Of a stretch of 64,000 nt of DNA, positions 54,524-64,000 are shown one piece after another. The notes beneath the pieces were generated by a model. That model did no database searches, was not told the DNA's origin, and saw nothing but the letters and a program-made list of their open reading frames with translations. Position 1 is the first letter of the stretch; every line of letters begins with the position of its first letter. The DNA is from Candidatus Bathyarchaeia archaeon. Its GTDB lineage: Archaea; Thermoproteota; Bathyarchaeia; Bathyarchaeales; Bathycorpusculaceae. The stretch covers positions 224,001-288,000 of the forward strand of contig JAVYWL010000001.1 of assembly GCA_038727135.1 (NCBI GenBank), in the 5' to 3' direction. The position numbers and the translations under genes were made by a program.

Positions 54524-54802
54524 ATGGTTGAGATAAAAATTGATGTGTCTGAGCTTAAGGCTGAGGGCGGAGATATCGTAAAAGAGCTGGCAGAATTCTT
54601 GAAGGAAAAGACAAGCGCTGAGGTTAAAACTCTAACAAACGATATTATAGTGAAGAGCGAAGAGAAAAGCCTTTCAAGACAGTATGTGAGGGTGCTTCTG
54701 AAAAAGTTTCTATACAAAAGTGAGCTTAAGGACTATTATAGAGTTATAAGCGGAGAAGAAGGAGCCTTAAAGGTTAAGGGGCGAAAGTTGCCAGAAGAGT
54801 AG
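54524..54802 (+). CDS. rpl22e: Ribosomal protein eL22-like
   Basis: IDVS..L.EFLKEK..I.VKSE..LSRQYVRVLLKKFLYKSELKDYYRVIS follows the eL22 pattern FSKRYLKYLTKKYLKK..LRDWLRVV. Confidence 0.75.
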   Translation: MVEIKIDVSELKAEGGDIVKELAEFLKEKTSAEVKTLTNDIIVKSEEKSLSRQYVRVLLKKFLYKSELKDYYRVISGEEGALKVKGRKLPEE

Positions 54803-54803
54803 C

Positions 54804-55199
54804 CTATTTATTTTTCGAGCTTTCACGCTTTTTCTTGGCTAGATTCTCCTCAACGGCGAAAACACAGTGTCTTGCCACATAAACGCCCTTATAAGCGTCT
54901 AAAAGCTTGCCGCTCGTCAAAAACTTTCTGGCATTGTCCAGTAAACCGTAAATCTCAGCTAAAATGCCATCAATGTTATCCCTTTTTAAGTCGGGGTTGG
55001 GCTTCCACTTTGACTTGTCAACATTCTCTTCTTGGAAAATTAGGGAGAATAGGAAAAGGGCGTATTCTAGCTCTGCGGCAACATGCCAAAAATGTTTTGT
55101 AAAGGAGTTTTCGTCTCCGCTGCTCAGCGCGGAGGTCGATTTTCCCAAGTGGCTGGTTGCGGATTCCAAAGCCTTCAATATTTTGTCATTTGTCGCCAT
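54804..55199 (-). CDS. Hypothetical helical protein
   Basis: 131-aa ORF, convergent with the eL22-like gene. Confidence 0.7.
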   Translation of the reverse strand: MATNDKILKALESATSHLGKSTSALSSGDENSFTKHFWHVAAELEYALFLFSLIFQEENVDKSKWKPNPDLKRDNIDGILAEIYGLLDNARKFLTSGKLLDAYKGVYVARHCVFAVEENLAKKKRESSKNK

Positions 55200-55262
55200 T
55201 GGATTTCAACCCGCTTTCTGCACAATATATTATGAAGCTTTTTATCTGTTTCGTAAAAGCTT

Positions 55263-56189
55263 TCAGCCCTTCCCTCTAGAAACGAAGACTATCCCAGCCA
55301 AAATTAATGCTGTTCCCACCGCAAAAATCGGGATAGGCCACTCACCAAATAGAACTATGCCTAAGGCTGTTGCTCCTAATGGTTCCAGCAAAGCCATGGT
55401 TGCAGTTTCAAAAGATTTTAGATTCGAGAGAGAAGAAAAGGCTAAAGTGCGGGCTACCGCCGTTGGCAAGACACCCAACCCAATCAGTGGAAGGAGACTC
55501 TCCATCGTTGTTGGCAACTCTAAGGTTTCGTTTTTGACAGCCAATCCTAATATGCCTACGATTATCGCTGTTAGAAAATAGATGGGGAGCATTATGGAAA
55601 TTATATCCATGCTTCCCCTTATTTTTCTTCCATAAGTAAGGAAGCAGGCTTCAAGTATGGCAGCTAATGTGGCTTCTAAATCCCCCTTTAGTCTTGGAGA
55701 GAAGTTATCCAGCGAAGCACCAGCCATTTGGGCTTCAGCGGAGGCAATAATGCATACACCAATAAAAGATAAGGCTATGCCAAAAACAGCGAGGCTTAAA
55801 GGTTTAGTTTTATAGAATAGGCTTGAGAAAATCAGGGAAAAAATTGGGGTTGTGTTAACCAAAACAGTTGCGTTTAAAATCGTTGTATCCTTAACAGCGG
55901 ATATGAAAAATATGAAGTGTAAACCTAGAAAAATGCTGAGAACGAAAAGATTTCCCAAATTTTTCCTAACAAGGCTAAAGCTGAAAGCTTTTCTAAGCAT
56001 AAAGAGCCCTATAGCCAGCACGATGCAAGCGATGACTAGTCGCCAGAAGGCTATGGAAAAGGCATCAAAATTTTGGAGGTACCTTATGAAGATAGCTGAA
56101 GTTCCAAAGAGGATGCCAGCAGTTATGCCTTCTATAAGGGCTAATTTTCTTGTTTTAACATGCATAACGTATGCTCTTCTCCAAATCAC
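55263..56189 (-). CDS. DMT/EamA family transporter
   Basis: About ten TM helices in two repeats; NTTPIF and LEPLGA..LFGE motifs. Confidence 0.88.
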   Translation of the reverse strand: MIWRRAYVMHVKTRKLALIEGITAGILFGTSAIFIRYLQNFDAFSIAFWRLVIACIVLAIGLFMLRKAFSFSLVRKNLGNLFVLSIFLGLHFIFFISAVKDTTILNATVLVNTTPIFSLIFSSLFYKTKPLSLAVFGIALSFIGVCIIASAEAQMAGASLDNFSPRLKGDLEATLAAILEACFLTYGRKIRGSMDIISIMLPIYFLTAIIVGILGLAVKNETLELPTTMESLLPLIGLGVLPTAVARTLAFSSLSNLKSFETATMALLEPLGATALGIVLFGEWPIPIFAVGTALILAGIVFVSRGKG

Positions 56190-56257
56190 ATTTATACATT
56201 TTCAATTCTAAAAGTGAAAATTATTGAGCGTTATCACAGCCGAAAGAAGGTGCGACA

Positions 56258-57151
56258 ATGAAGCTTGTCCGCTACTTGGACGGAGAAATGGAAAGCTACG
56301 GTGTTTTATCCGGCAATGAGAAAAGGGTGGTCTGCTTGCCAAGCCTCGCCAGAACCATGCACAGACGGCTTCCAAGCAGGATAGAAACCTTCGTGGCAAG
56401 CGGAGAAAGAGCCATTAAAACTGCAGAAAGGCTTCTTGAGGAAGCCCCAGAATATGTCATTGAGAAAAACTCTGTGCCAGTTAATGGGATAAGACTTCTG
56501 GCGCCGATAGCCCACTCGCCAAAAATTATCTGCTTAGGACTGAATTATAGGGACCATGCTGCGGAGCAAAACGCACAGATACCAGACGAACCCATAATCT
56601 TTCTGAAGCCCCACACAACCATAATTGGACCAAACGAGAATATTGTTAAGCCAAGGTTTGTTAAGGAACTCGACTATGAGGCGGAGCTAGCCATTGTGAT
56701 AGGGCGGAAAGGTAAAAATGTGCCAGTTTCAGAGGCGAAGAAACACATTTTCGGATATACAATTTTAAATGATGTTTCGGCACGGGACATCCAGTTTAAA
56801 GATAGACAGTGGACCAGGGGCAAAAGCCTCGACACCTTTGCACCTACTGGACCATGCATAACAACGGAAAACCAGCTGCCGGACACGTCTAATCTTCGCA
56901 TTAGAACATGGGTGGACGGGGAACTTCGCCAAGATTCAACAACTAAAAACATGGTTTTCAATGTTTATGAGATAGTCCATCACCTAAGCAAAGTCATGAC
57001 GTTAGAGCCATGCGACATAATCGCCACAGGGACGCCAGCTGGCGTCGGCTTCGCCATGAAGCCAGAACCAAAATTTCTGAAGCCCGGAAGCACCGTGAGA
57101 ATAGAGATTGAAGGAATAGGCGTTTTAGAGAACAGAGTTATTGAGGAGTAG
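56258..57151 (+). CDS. Fumarylacetoacetate hydrolase family protein
   Basis: KIICLGLNYRDH, DYEAEL, NDVSARD, GKSLDTF, TGTPAGVG. Confidence 0.94.
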   Translation: MKLVRYLDGEMESYGVLSGNEKRVVCLPSLARTMHRRLPSRIETFVASGERAIKTAERLLEEAPEYVIEKNSVPVNGIRLLAPIAHSPKIICLGLNYRDHAAEQNAQIPDEPIIFLKPHTTIIGPNENIVKPRFVKELDYEAELAIVIGRKGKNVPVSEAKKHIFGYTILNDVSARDIQFKDRQWTRGKSLDTFAPTGPCITTENQLPDTSNLRIRTWVDGELRQDSTTKNMVFNVYEIVHHLSKVMTLEPCDIIATGTPAGVGFAMKPEPKFLKPGSTVRIEIEGIGVLENRVIEE

Positions 57152-57158
57152 TTCCAAG

Positions 57159-59246
57159 TTATTTTTCGACTGATATTTTGCTTTCTCCAGCCTCTTTCTC
57201 CACCCTTATAACATGTTCGGCTTTTTCAGCGAAAGCCTCACTATGGGTCACCGCGATTATCTGTTCTACAGCTTTAAACCTTGAAATGGCTTCTGCCAAG
57301 CGGTCTATTGAGCCATCCTCCCTTCCAAGGCTTTCTGTCGGCTCGTCAAGCAGTAGGAGGCTTAAGCCGTGACCAGTCCGCGACTGCATTATTAGCTGAC
57401 CAAGCCCGAGGCGATATGCAAAAGCTATTAAGGTTCGCTCCCCACCAGAAAGGTTTGAAACCTCCCTTTCGACGCCTGTCTCGCTTATTACATACGGCGT
57501 ATAAGTCTCATCTATTGTGATGTTTATTGGTGCGCCTTCCTCGCCCACTAGGCTGTCTAGGATTTGCTGAACAAAATTCTTCAGGACTTTTACAAATTCG
57601 CTCCGCAATTTTGGTTGGATGCTCCTGTAGGCGTCGCGGATACCGCCAATGATGCCCAAAATCTTGTCAAGTTTCTCCATCTCCTCAATCTTTTTCTGGG
57701 CTTGGTCTATGCGCTCCTTAATTTCGTCTAGGCGGCGCATCATGTCCTCTTTCCGGTTTTCCTTGGTCCGCAGTTCGGATTCAAGCATATAATATTGCCG
57801 GAAGGCTTGTTCTCTTAGCTTTCTGGCGGTTTCAAGCTGGAAAACGTCAAATCTGCCTATTTCTGCGCGTATGCCTTCCAGCTGGTTTCTCAGCGTATTC
57901 TCCATTTTCTGCTTCTCTTCAAACTCTTTTGAAAGTTCGGCTAAAGCCTTAGACTCCTCGTTTAGGCGGGCTCTCAAGTCTTCGATTCTGGGTAGAAGAG
58001 CCTGGAGGTTAGAGATGGCAGAATTGGCTTTCTCCCTTATCTGCTGAAGTTCCTCAATGTCTTTTTGAAGCTGGTTTATGGTTTTTTGCCGTTCCACGTT
58101 TTCTTTTTGTATACGCTCCATTAGGCTGGTCTTATAATTGGCGTTTAATGGCTGGAGGCAGAGGGGGCAGCGGTTTTCCGTTGGAAGGGATGCAAGCCTC
58201 CGCTGGTCTGCATGGAGATTTCGAAGAATAGCCTCTTGTTCAGCTTTTAGGCTCGCAATTTGCTCGTCAAAGGCTGAAAGATGCTGCCTCAAAGTTTCAA
58301 GGGGCTGGTCTGTTGGAACCCCAATTTCTTTGAGTGTTTCTTTGTAGGCGTTTGCTTGTGATTCCATAGTGTTGAGGCGCTGTTTCAGATTGTCAATTAT
58401 TGCTTTTTTTCCTTCAACTTTTTCAGCAAGTGATGCCAAAGAATCTTCAAGGCTTGTTAGGCTGGCTTGTATTTGGGCTTCCTTGCGTTTGAGGCTTTCT
58501 ACGGATGTTTTAAGCTCCTCCAGTTTTTTGAGTTTGAGGTCTGCCTCCTCCAAAGCTTTTTTGGCTTCGTTGAGCTTTCTTGTGGTTTCTTGGAGGTCGA
58601 TCTCTAATAGGGCGAATTCTCTGGCTAGGCTGTTGTACTCCTCATTCAGCTTTTTAATTCCAGCGACGTCTGGGTCTCTTTCGTATACTCTTTTTTCACC
58701 TTCGTATTCCTTTTGGTAGCCAGCTAGGTTGCTCCATGCTGTTTCGTATTCCGACAAGCCAAAAAGTTCGTCTAGGCGTTTTTGCCGCTCTCTGGGCGGG
58801 GCGTCTAAAAGTTCTTTAAGGTGTTCTTGGCGGACCCAAACAATTTCGCGGAAAAGCTCCTTCTCCAAGCCGGTGATAGCCTTCAACTGTTCTGCGACAG
58901 CGTCGCTTTTCACGCTTGCGATTATGGTTTCGCCTTCAAAAAGTTTAAGCTCGTCAAAGTCTTGGCTTATGCCCTTCCCACGCCTCTTCAAGCCCCTCGA
59001 TATTTTATAGCTTTTGCCGTTGTGGGTGAACTGGACAACAACTCTTCCGGTTTCGGCGCCATCCCGCAGAAGGTAGTCGTAGCTCCTTCCTAAAGGGTCT
59101 CCGAAGAGGGCGAAGTCTATGGCGTAAAGTATGCTGGATTTACCACAGCCCAAGCCGCCAACAAGGCAATTGAAGCCTCTGGCAAATGGAACTGTAGACT
59201 TCACGTGGGAGCGGATGTTTTCCAATTGGACAACTTCGATTTTCAT
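57159..59246 (-). CDS. rad50: Rad50 ATPase
   Basis: Walker A GGLGCGKSS, coiled coil with central CPLC Zn hook, LSGGE, LLLLDEPT, VTH; coupled to mre11. Confidence 0.9.
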   Translation of the reverse strand: MKIEVVQLENIRSHVKSTVPFARGFNCLVGGLGCGKSSILYAIDFALFGDPLGRSYDYLLRDGAETGRVVVQFTHNGKSYKISRGLKRRGKGISQDFDELKLFEGETIIASVKSDAVAEQLKAITGLEKELFREIVWVRQEHLKELLDAPPRERQKRLDELFGLSEYETAWSNLAGYQKEYEGEKRVYERDPDVAGIKKLNEEYNSLAREFALLEIDLQETTRKLNEAKKALEEADLKLKKLEELKTSVESLKRKEAQIQASLTSLEDSLASLAEKVEGKKAIIDNLKQRLNTMESQANAYKETLKEIGVPTDQPLETLRQHLSAFDEQIASLKAEQEAILRNLHADQRRLASLPTENRCPLCLQPLNANYKTSLMERIQKENVERQKTINQLQKDIEELQQIREKANSAISNLQALLPRIEDLRARLNEESKALAELSKEFEEKQKMENTLRNQLEGIRAEIGRFDVFQLETARKLREQAFRQYYMLESELRTKENRKEDMMRRLDEIKERIDQAQKKIEEMEKLDKILGIIGGIRDAYRSIQPKLRSEFVKVLKNFVQQILDSLVGEEGAPINITIDETYTPYVISETGVEREVSNLSGGERTLIAFAYRLGLGQLIMQSRTGHGLSLLLLDEPTESLGREDGSIDRLAEAISRFKAVEQIIAVTHSEAFAEKAEHVIRVEKEAGESKISVEK

Positions 59247-60448
59247 TAGATAAGCTCCTCCAAAATCTGCTTAACCTTCTCGTCCTGCTTTTTGGAAAGC
59301 GGCTCAATCAAGTTAACAGCAGCCTTGGCAATTTTTTCGGCTTCTTCCCGACTGTAGCGTTCAGAGAAAATTTGCAAGAAATATTCGAAGCTTTTCGTTT
59401 TCAAATCCTTAATTTCGCTTTCGAATATGGAGCGAACAACGGTCTCTGGAACCTCGCTTTCCCGCAGCAAAACCACTGGATGGACAAGTAAAGCTTTCTC
59501 GGCGGCGCCCCGGATTTGGGCGACGTCAACTTCTGCACGGCTAGCCTCAACTGGCAAGACACCACGCAAAACTGGAATAAGCACAGCGCCCTCCACATCA
59601 GCGCCCTTCACAAGTTGGACAGCAAGTTCGGTGATTTTCGATGCTGTAACGCCAGTAAAATCTTGCTCTAAAACAACAAACTTGCGGGGAGACTCCAATT
59701 TTATGAACTGTGGGTTAGCCTCCCCCTTCTCGTTCACTTCCACGTAGTAAAAGCCCTTCTCGTTCCCAGCCTCGTCATAATTTATTGTCTCAGTGCTTCC
59801 GGGATAAACCAACAATCCAGTTTTGAGCTTTCCCATGTAAGGTTTGTGAATGTGCCCACCTGCATAATAATTGAAGCCTTCGGGTATAAGCTCAACGGGA
59901 GCTTCAGCCTCTATATAGGGTGGGTTAACCTCTGGAAGGTCAAGTGCCATGTGGAAAACGAAAATGTTGAAAAGCGAAGGGTCTGGCGTTGGCTTGTTCT
60001 GCTCCATAAAAGCTGGAAGCATCTCTTCGGTTTTATGCCTAGTCCGATAGTTGGGCACTCCGTAAACGTAGCAGCATTCAGGTTTCCGCCAACAAGCCCC
60101 CTCATGCCGTGGCAGATAATAGATAAGCCCAGCACTGTCCAACGGGTTAAGGATTGTGCTTGTGACAACGTTTGGCGACGAGTCATGGGAACCGTCAACA
60201 ACCAGCACTGGAATGCCAGCCCCCCGCAGCCTGCTAAAGTTTTTTATGGCGTTCTCCAATGTGACGTTGGATGGCCTGGCATTGTGAAAAAGGTCTCCGG
60301 CAATTATGAGAAATGCGGGTTTTAGCTCAAGGGTTTTGTCAACGAGCTCCTTAAACGCCTTATCAAAATCCTCGCGTCTCACCTCTAACCCATACTGCGA
60401 ATAGCCCAGATGCAAGTCTGCCGCATGAACGAAACTGAAAGCCTTCAC
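59246..60448 (-). CDS. mre11: Mre11 nuclease
   Basis: ADLHLG, AGDLFH, GSHD, GGHIH and YPGS phosphoesterase motifs. Confidence 0.9.
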   Translation of the reverse strand: MKAFSFVHAADLHLGYSQYGLEVRREDFDKAFKELVDKTLELKPAFLIIAGDLFHNARPSNVTLENAIKNFSRLRGAGIPVLVVDGSHDSSPNVVTSTILNPLDSAGLIYYLPRHEGACWRKPECCYVYGVPNYRTRHKTEEMLPAFMEQNKPTPDPSLFNIFVFHMALDLPEVNPPYIEAEAPVELIPEGFNYYAGGHIHKPYMGKLKTGLLVYPGSTETINYDEAGNEKGFYYVEVNEKGEANPQFIKLESPRKFVVLEQDFTGVTASKITELAVQLVKGADVEGAVLIPVLRGVLPVEASRAEVDVAQIRGAAEKALLVHPVVLLRESEVPETVVRSIFESEIKDLKTKSFEYFLQIFSERYSREEAEKIAKAAVNLIEPLSKKQDEKVKQILEELI

Positions 60449-60566
60449 GCTTTCTCCACCCTTCCAAATTAACTGGACGCCTACTCCTATTAACGTTTAA
60501 CCCATCACCAGTAGAAACATATAAAGAGTAAAAAGGCCATTTTAAGCGGTTAAAGGCGCCACAAAA

Positions 60567-61376
60567 ATGAAGTGCCAAAAATGTGGAACAGAAACCTTTC
60601 TGCCCTTTAGATGTCCCTACTGTGGAGGATACTTCTGCGCCGAGCATCGCCTACCGGAAAACCACGAATGCCCAAAAATTGAGTTGGCACGAGCACCAGT
60701 AAAGGAGGAGCAAACACAATTTCCTCAAGCATGGAAGCCAATCGAGTACACAATCACATATATCCCAATAGAAACTAGAAGGCAGATTCAATTCAGCGCT
60801 AAAGAGGTCACACACTTAGCAGTGGCGGCACTACTTGTTTTGGGCATAGGACTATCTCTAGGAATATCGCCAACCGTAATCCAAAATATCGGAGGCATCC
60901 CCATGCTATTCGCGTTTGGAGTCATAGTAACGGCATCCTTCCTAATCCATGAACTAGCCCACAAATTCACAGCTCAAAAAAGCGGTTTATGGGCGGAATT
61001 CAGAATAATGCTTTTCGGCCTAATATTAACAGCCATATCTATCGTTTCGCCCCTCTTCAAGATTATATCGCCTGGAGCCGTGGTTGTAGCAGGATTAACC
61101 AGCAAAAGAAACCTCGGGAAAATCTCCATAGCTGGACCATTAACAAACATCATATTATCCTTAGGGTTTCTTCTAGCGACGCGTTTGGCGCCAACCAGCA
61201 ACTTTACATATCTGTTCCTTCTAGGTTTCGCGATAAACGCTTGGATAGCCTTTCTCAATCTCATACCCTTCGGAATGCTCGACGGCTTTAAAATCTTCTT
61301 TTGGAACAAGGTCGTTTGGGCTTCAGCCTTCACCATAAGCCTAATCTTAACAATAGCATCCTTCATGCTCTTGTAA
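60567..61376 (+). CDS. AN1-type Zn finger fused to an M50 (site-2) membrane metalloprotease
   Basis: CQKC..LPFRCPYCGGYFCAEHRLPENHEC; HELAH, AGPLTN, NLIPFGMLDG. Confidence 0.88.
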   Translation: MKCQKCGTETFLPFRCPYCGGYFCAEHRLPENHECPKIELARAPVKEEQTQFPQAWKPIEYTITYIPIETRRQIQFSAKEVTHLAVAALLVLGIGLSLGISPTVIQNIGGIPMLFAFGVIVTASFLIHELAHKFTAQKSGLWAEFRIMLFGLILTAISIVSPLFKIISPGAVVVAGLTSKRNLGKISIAGPLTNIILSLGFLLATRLAPTSNFTYLFLLGFAINAWIAFLNLIPFGMLDGFKIFFWNKVVWASAFTISLILTIASFMLL

Positions 61377-61391
61377 AAACAAAATATAAAG

Positions 61392-61700
61392 CTAGAGAAG
61401 CTCTATTGTTACGTGCACTTCCTCCGGGACACGGATACGCATAATCCGCCTCATGGCACGTTCTTCAGCGTCAATGTCCACCAAGCGTTTGTGGATGCGC
61501 AGCTCCCACTTGTCCCATGTGGATGTCCCTTCACCGCATGGAGACTTCAAAACTGGAACCTTAAGCCTCTTGGTTGGCAACGGAATAGGCCCAACCATTT
61601 TCACCCCTGTTTTTTCAGCTATCGCCTTAAGCTCTTGGCACACTTCCTCAAGCTTCTTGTAGTCTGTGCTTGTTAAGCGTATCCGCGCCTTCCTAACCAT
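61392..61700 (-). CDS. rps10: 30S ribosomal protein uS10
   Basis: [31 protein letters not shown]. Confidence 0.97.
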   Translation of the reverse strand: MVRKARIRLTSTDYKKLEEVCQELKAIAEKTGVKMVGPIPLPTKRLKVPVLKSPCGEGTSTWDKWELRIHKRLVDIDAEERAMRRIMRIRVPEEVHVTIELL

Positions 61701-61821
61701 AGCCTAATACTCCAAACCTTCAACCTTTTATACTTTTTAGCGGGTATCCTTTTAGACAATAAACCATAGATAAAAACTTATCGAAACAAGAGGCGCGTAA
61801 ACTGGCAAAAGAGGCAGAGGA

Positions 61822-62472
61822 ATGAAGCTGAAAGTTAAAGGGATAATCATAGACTTGGACGGCACACTTGTAGATTCAAGAGAAGCCTACCACGAAGCCC
61901 TAGCAAAAGCCCTAGCAAAGCTTGGCGTAAAAGAGTTTAACCCCAGCTTGATTTTAGAGATTCCGAGAAGACTAGAGCAGAACCTACCAATAAAGGATTT
62001 ATTGCCAAAAATAAACATTGAAAAATTTCTAGAAGCCTATCTTGAGGCTTATTATAGGATTGCTGAAGACAAGGCAAAACTATTGCCAAACACGCAGAAA
62101 ACTCTTGAGATGCTTTCAAGAAAGGCTAGGCTTGCGCTATTAACAATGCGTTATGTCCCATGCGAAAATATTGGAAAGTGGCTGGAGAAGGTGGGCTTAG
62201 CCAAATATTTCCAATGTGTTGTTACAGCATTGAACACGAGGTTTCCGAAGCCTTCTCCTAAGGCGCTGGTTGACTGCGCTGAGCGGATAGGCGTTAAAGT
62301 AGGCGAATGTGCTATCGTAGGCGATTCCGTCGCAGACATTAAGGCTGGAAAAAATGCTGGTGCGAAAACGGTCGCCGTCTTATCCGGAATATTCACGAGG
62401 GAAGAATTAGAAAATGAAAAGCCTGACCTAATCATTAGGGACTTCAGCGAGCTTCCAAAATTTCTTTGTTAA
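61822..62472 (+). CDS. HAD-superfamily hydrolase
   Basis: DLDGTLVDS, KPSP, VGDSVADI. Confidence 0.92.
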   Translation: MKLKVKGIIIDLDGTLVDSREAYHEALAKALAKLGVKEFNPSLILEIPRRLEQNLPIKDLLPKINIEKFLEAYLEAYYRIAEDKAKLLPNTQKTLEMLSRKARLALLTMRYVPCENIGKWLEKVGLAKYFQCVVTALNTRFPKPSPKALVDCAERIGVKVGECAIVGDSVADIKAGKNAGAKTVAVLSGIFTREELENEKPDLIIRDFSELPKFLC

Positions 62473-62597
62473 TTAAGGAATATTACGGAACATGCAATAT
62501 GGTTGAAAATTACTTAAGAATGTTATAGAAGCAACCATAAATAAAGCTTAATTAAAACTTTAATCTTAGTATTAGAGCGGAGAGGGCTTCGAAAACA

Positions 62598-63212
62598 ATG
62601 AATTTCGTTGAGGTACTGTTGTCTGAGAAGTTAAAGAGCAAAAATCCAATGCTGGATATTTTCGGCGCTGACCGGAAGGTTTTGCAGATAGCATGCCAAG
62701 ACTTCACCAACTACTTGAAGGTTTACTGGAACCTTGTGGGCAAAGAGGCAAACGAATTTGAACTCGCCGACAAACTTGAAGAGTTCTATCAGAAAGAACC
62801 TAAAGAGCTTGAAGAGTTCATAGACTTGTGGACTGGCATATGGCTGAAAAAGTGGGGAGAGAGGGTAAAACTCCTAATAGGCAACGAGGAAGCCCAAAAG
62901 TGGAACAAAGTGACAAAAATCCTAAACAATGCAGAACCCATATGGAGGAGGCTTACCAATCGCAGGGAAATGCAAGAAGTCATCATATCAACCCTCATAA
63001 AGAACGGCGAAATCTGCGGAACGTCAATTTTGGCTGAAAACCTTCTAAAAATGGAGTTGGGCGAAAACAAGAGGAAGTATACAAGCGATCAGGAACAAGT
63101 GCTAAACGTTGTAAACAACACTTTGCGCAAGGCTAGAGAACTGACAAGAAGCAAAGGACCGCTAATATTTGTTAGAATTGATAAGGGCTACTACAACAAT
63201 AACGAGTTTTAG
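62598..63212 (+). CDS. Hypothetical protein
   Basis: 204-aa helical ORF; no recognisable motif. Confidence 0.7.
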   Translation: MNFVEVLLSEKLKSKNPMLDIFGADRKVLQIACQDFTNYLKVYWNLVGKEANEFELADKLEEFYQKEPKELEEFIDLWTGIWLKKWGERVKLLIGNEEAQKWNKVTKILNNAEPIWRRLTNRREMQEVIISTLIKNGEICGTSILAENLLKMELGENKRKYTSDQEQVLNVVNNTLRKARELTRSKGPLIFVRIDKGYYNNNEF

Positions 63213-63397
63213 CGGATTCTCTGCCTATTAAGGTTTTTAGTCTGCCAAGAATAACGCCTAATAGTTGTTGACGCCCCATAACCGCAGGCGGCACACCGCT
63301 TTTTCGAAACGTTATAGGCTCTCCTTCCACAACGCCTGCAGCGTATGTGAAGCGTTTTGCCTGCACGTTTCCCAAAGGATGGTGTTCCCTTTCCCAA
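63209..63397 (-). CDS. rpl37e: 50S ribosomal protein L37e
   Basis: [25 protein letters not shown]; TTG 63397 after GGTGA (track start 63406). Confidence 0.96.
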   Translation of the reverse strand: MGKGTPSFGKRAGKTLHIRCRRCGRRAYNVSKKRCAACGYGASTTIRRYSWQTKNLNRQRIR

Positions 63398-63402
63398 AAT
63401 TT

Positions 63403-63630
63403 TCACCTAGGAGGCGGCGATATTAGAACGACGTTGTCTCCGCGGACAATTATTAAGCCGAGCTTCTTAGTGTTTTCAGCGTCAGTCGTGTCTTCGGTGT
63501 CCTCAAGGACAAGGTTTAAGTGTTGGTCAAAGCCCTTCAATCTTCCTCTAAGGCTTTTTCCACCCTTCAACCTTACAAGCACTATTTTTCCAAGGTTCTG
63601 CTCAAGGATTTCGGTAGTCATCTCGCTCAT
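63403..63630 (-). CDS. Sm-like (Lsm/SmAP1) RNA-binding protein
   Basis: [14 protein letters not shown] (Sm1) and [12 protein letters not shown] (Sm2); conserved Lsm-L37e pairing. Confidence 0.95.
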   Translation of the reverse strand: MSEMTTEILEQNLGKIVLVRLKGGKSLRGRLKGFDQHLNLVLEDTEDTTDAENTKKLGLIIVRGDNVVLISPPPR

Positions 63631-63711
63631 TTACAGACCTCAATTAGACATTTACCCTTTTTATACTTAAATTATACCATTTAAACCTATCTAAGCGAGA
63701 AGCGGAAAACT

Positions 63712-64000
63712 ATGTCTAAAAGATTTAAAAGGCATTTCCTAAAGGATAAAGAGGCTAGGAATCTTTTGGAAAAAGCCTCAAAAAGGCTGAAAATAGCTTT
63801 AGAAAAGTGCTTTGTAAGCACTCCAAAGGTGGAGGTTGTTGAAGCAGATTTTGGTGAGGTTTACCTAATAAATGGAGAACCAGCATTTTTCAAAAGCGGA
63901 GAGAATGTTTACCCAACTCTTCTCTTCAAAGAAGTTTTCGGTTTTTTGCCAAGGGTTGTCGTGGACATGGGGGCTGTTCCTCACATTTGTAATGGCGCAG
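63712..64000 (+). CDS. PUA-domain RNA-binding protein (MCT-1/Tma20-like), truncated by the window end
   Basis: Manual translation MSKRFKRHFLKDKEA...YPTL...PRVVVDMGAVPHICNGA; not in the ORF track. Confidence 0.88.
   Translation, partial: MSKRFKRHFLKDKEARNLLEKASKRLKIALEKCFVSTPKVEVVEADFGEVYLINGEPAFFKSGENVYPTLLFKEVFGFLPRVVVDMGAVPHICNGA

Overview
Archaeal chromosomal window, most consistent with Bathyarchaeia (TACK): unsplit Rpo1 and Rpo2, an eL22-like gene, Lsm-L37e, and an intron-containing tRNA-Leu(CAA). Housekeeping genes occupy both ends (nusA-L30e-rpo1-rpo2; DNA ligase, Mre11-Rad50, uS10, Lsm, L37e, a PUA protein). The main feature is a ~26 kb cell-surface locus (17.5-43.3 kb) that looks like a non-cellulosomal cohesin-dockerin assembly: by eye, about nine cohesin-like modules in six proteins and six dockerins that share a recognition signature and an invariant Cys. 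One dockerin sits on the C-terminus of the binding protein of an oligopeptide ABC transporter, and the last gene of the oppBCDF run encodes a membrane-anchored cohesin, a candidate dedicated tether. Elements missing from the ORF track include a box C/D guide RNA predicted to target 16S C1402 and 23S C1920, a NikR-type operator ahead of an ECF-S/FmdE pair, a 46-aa membrane ORF, an MNT gene remnant and a gene interrupted by an in-frame TGA. No CRISPR array, IS element or integrase was seen. All domain calls come from reading motifs by eye; no searches were run.
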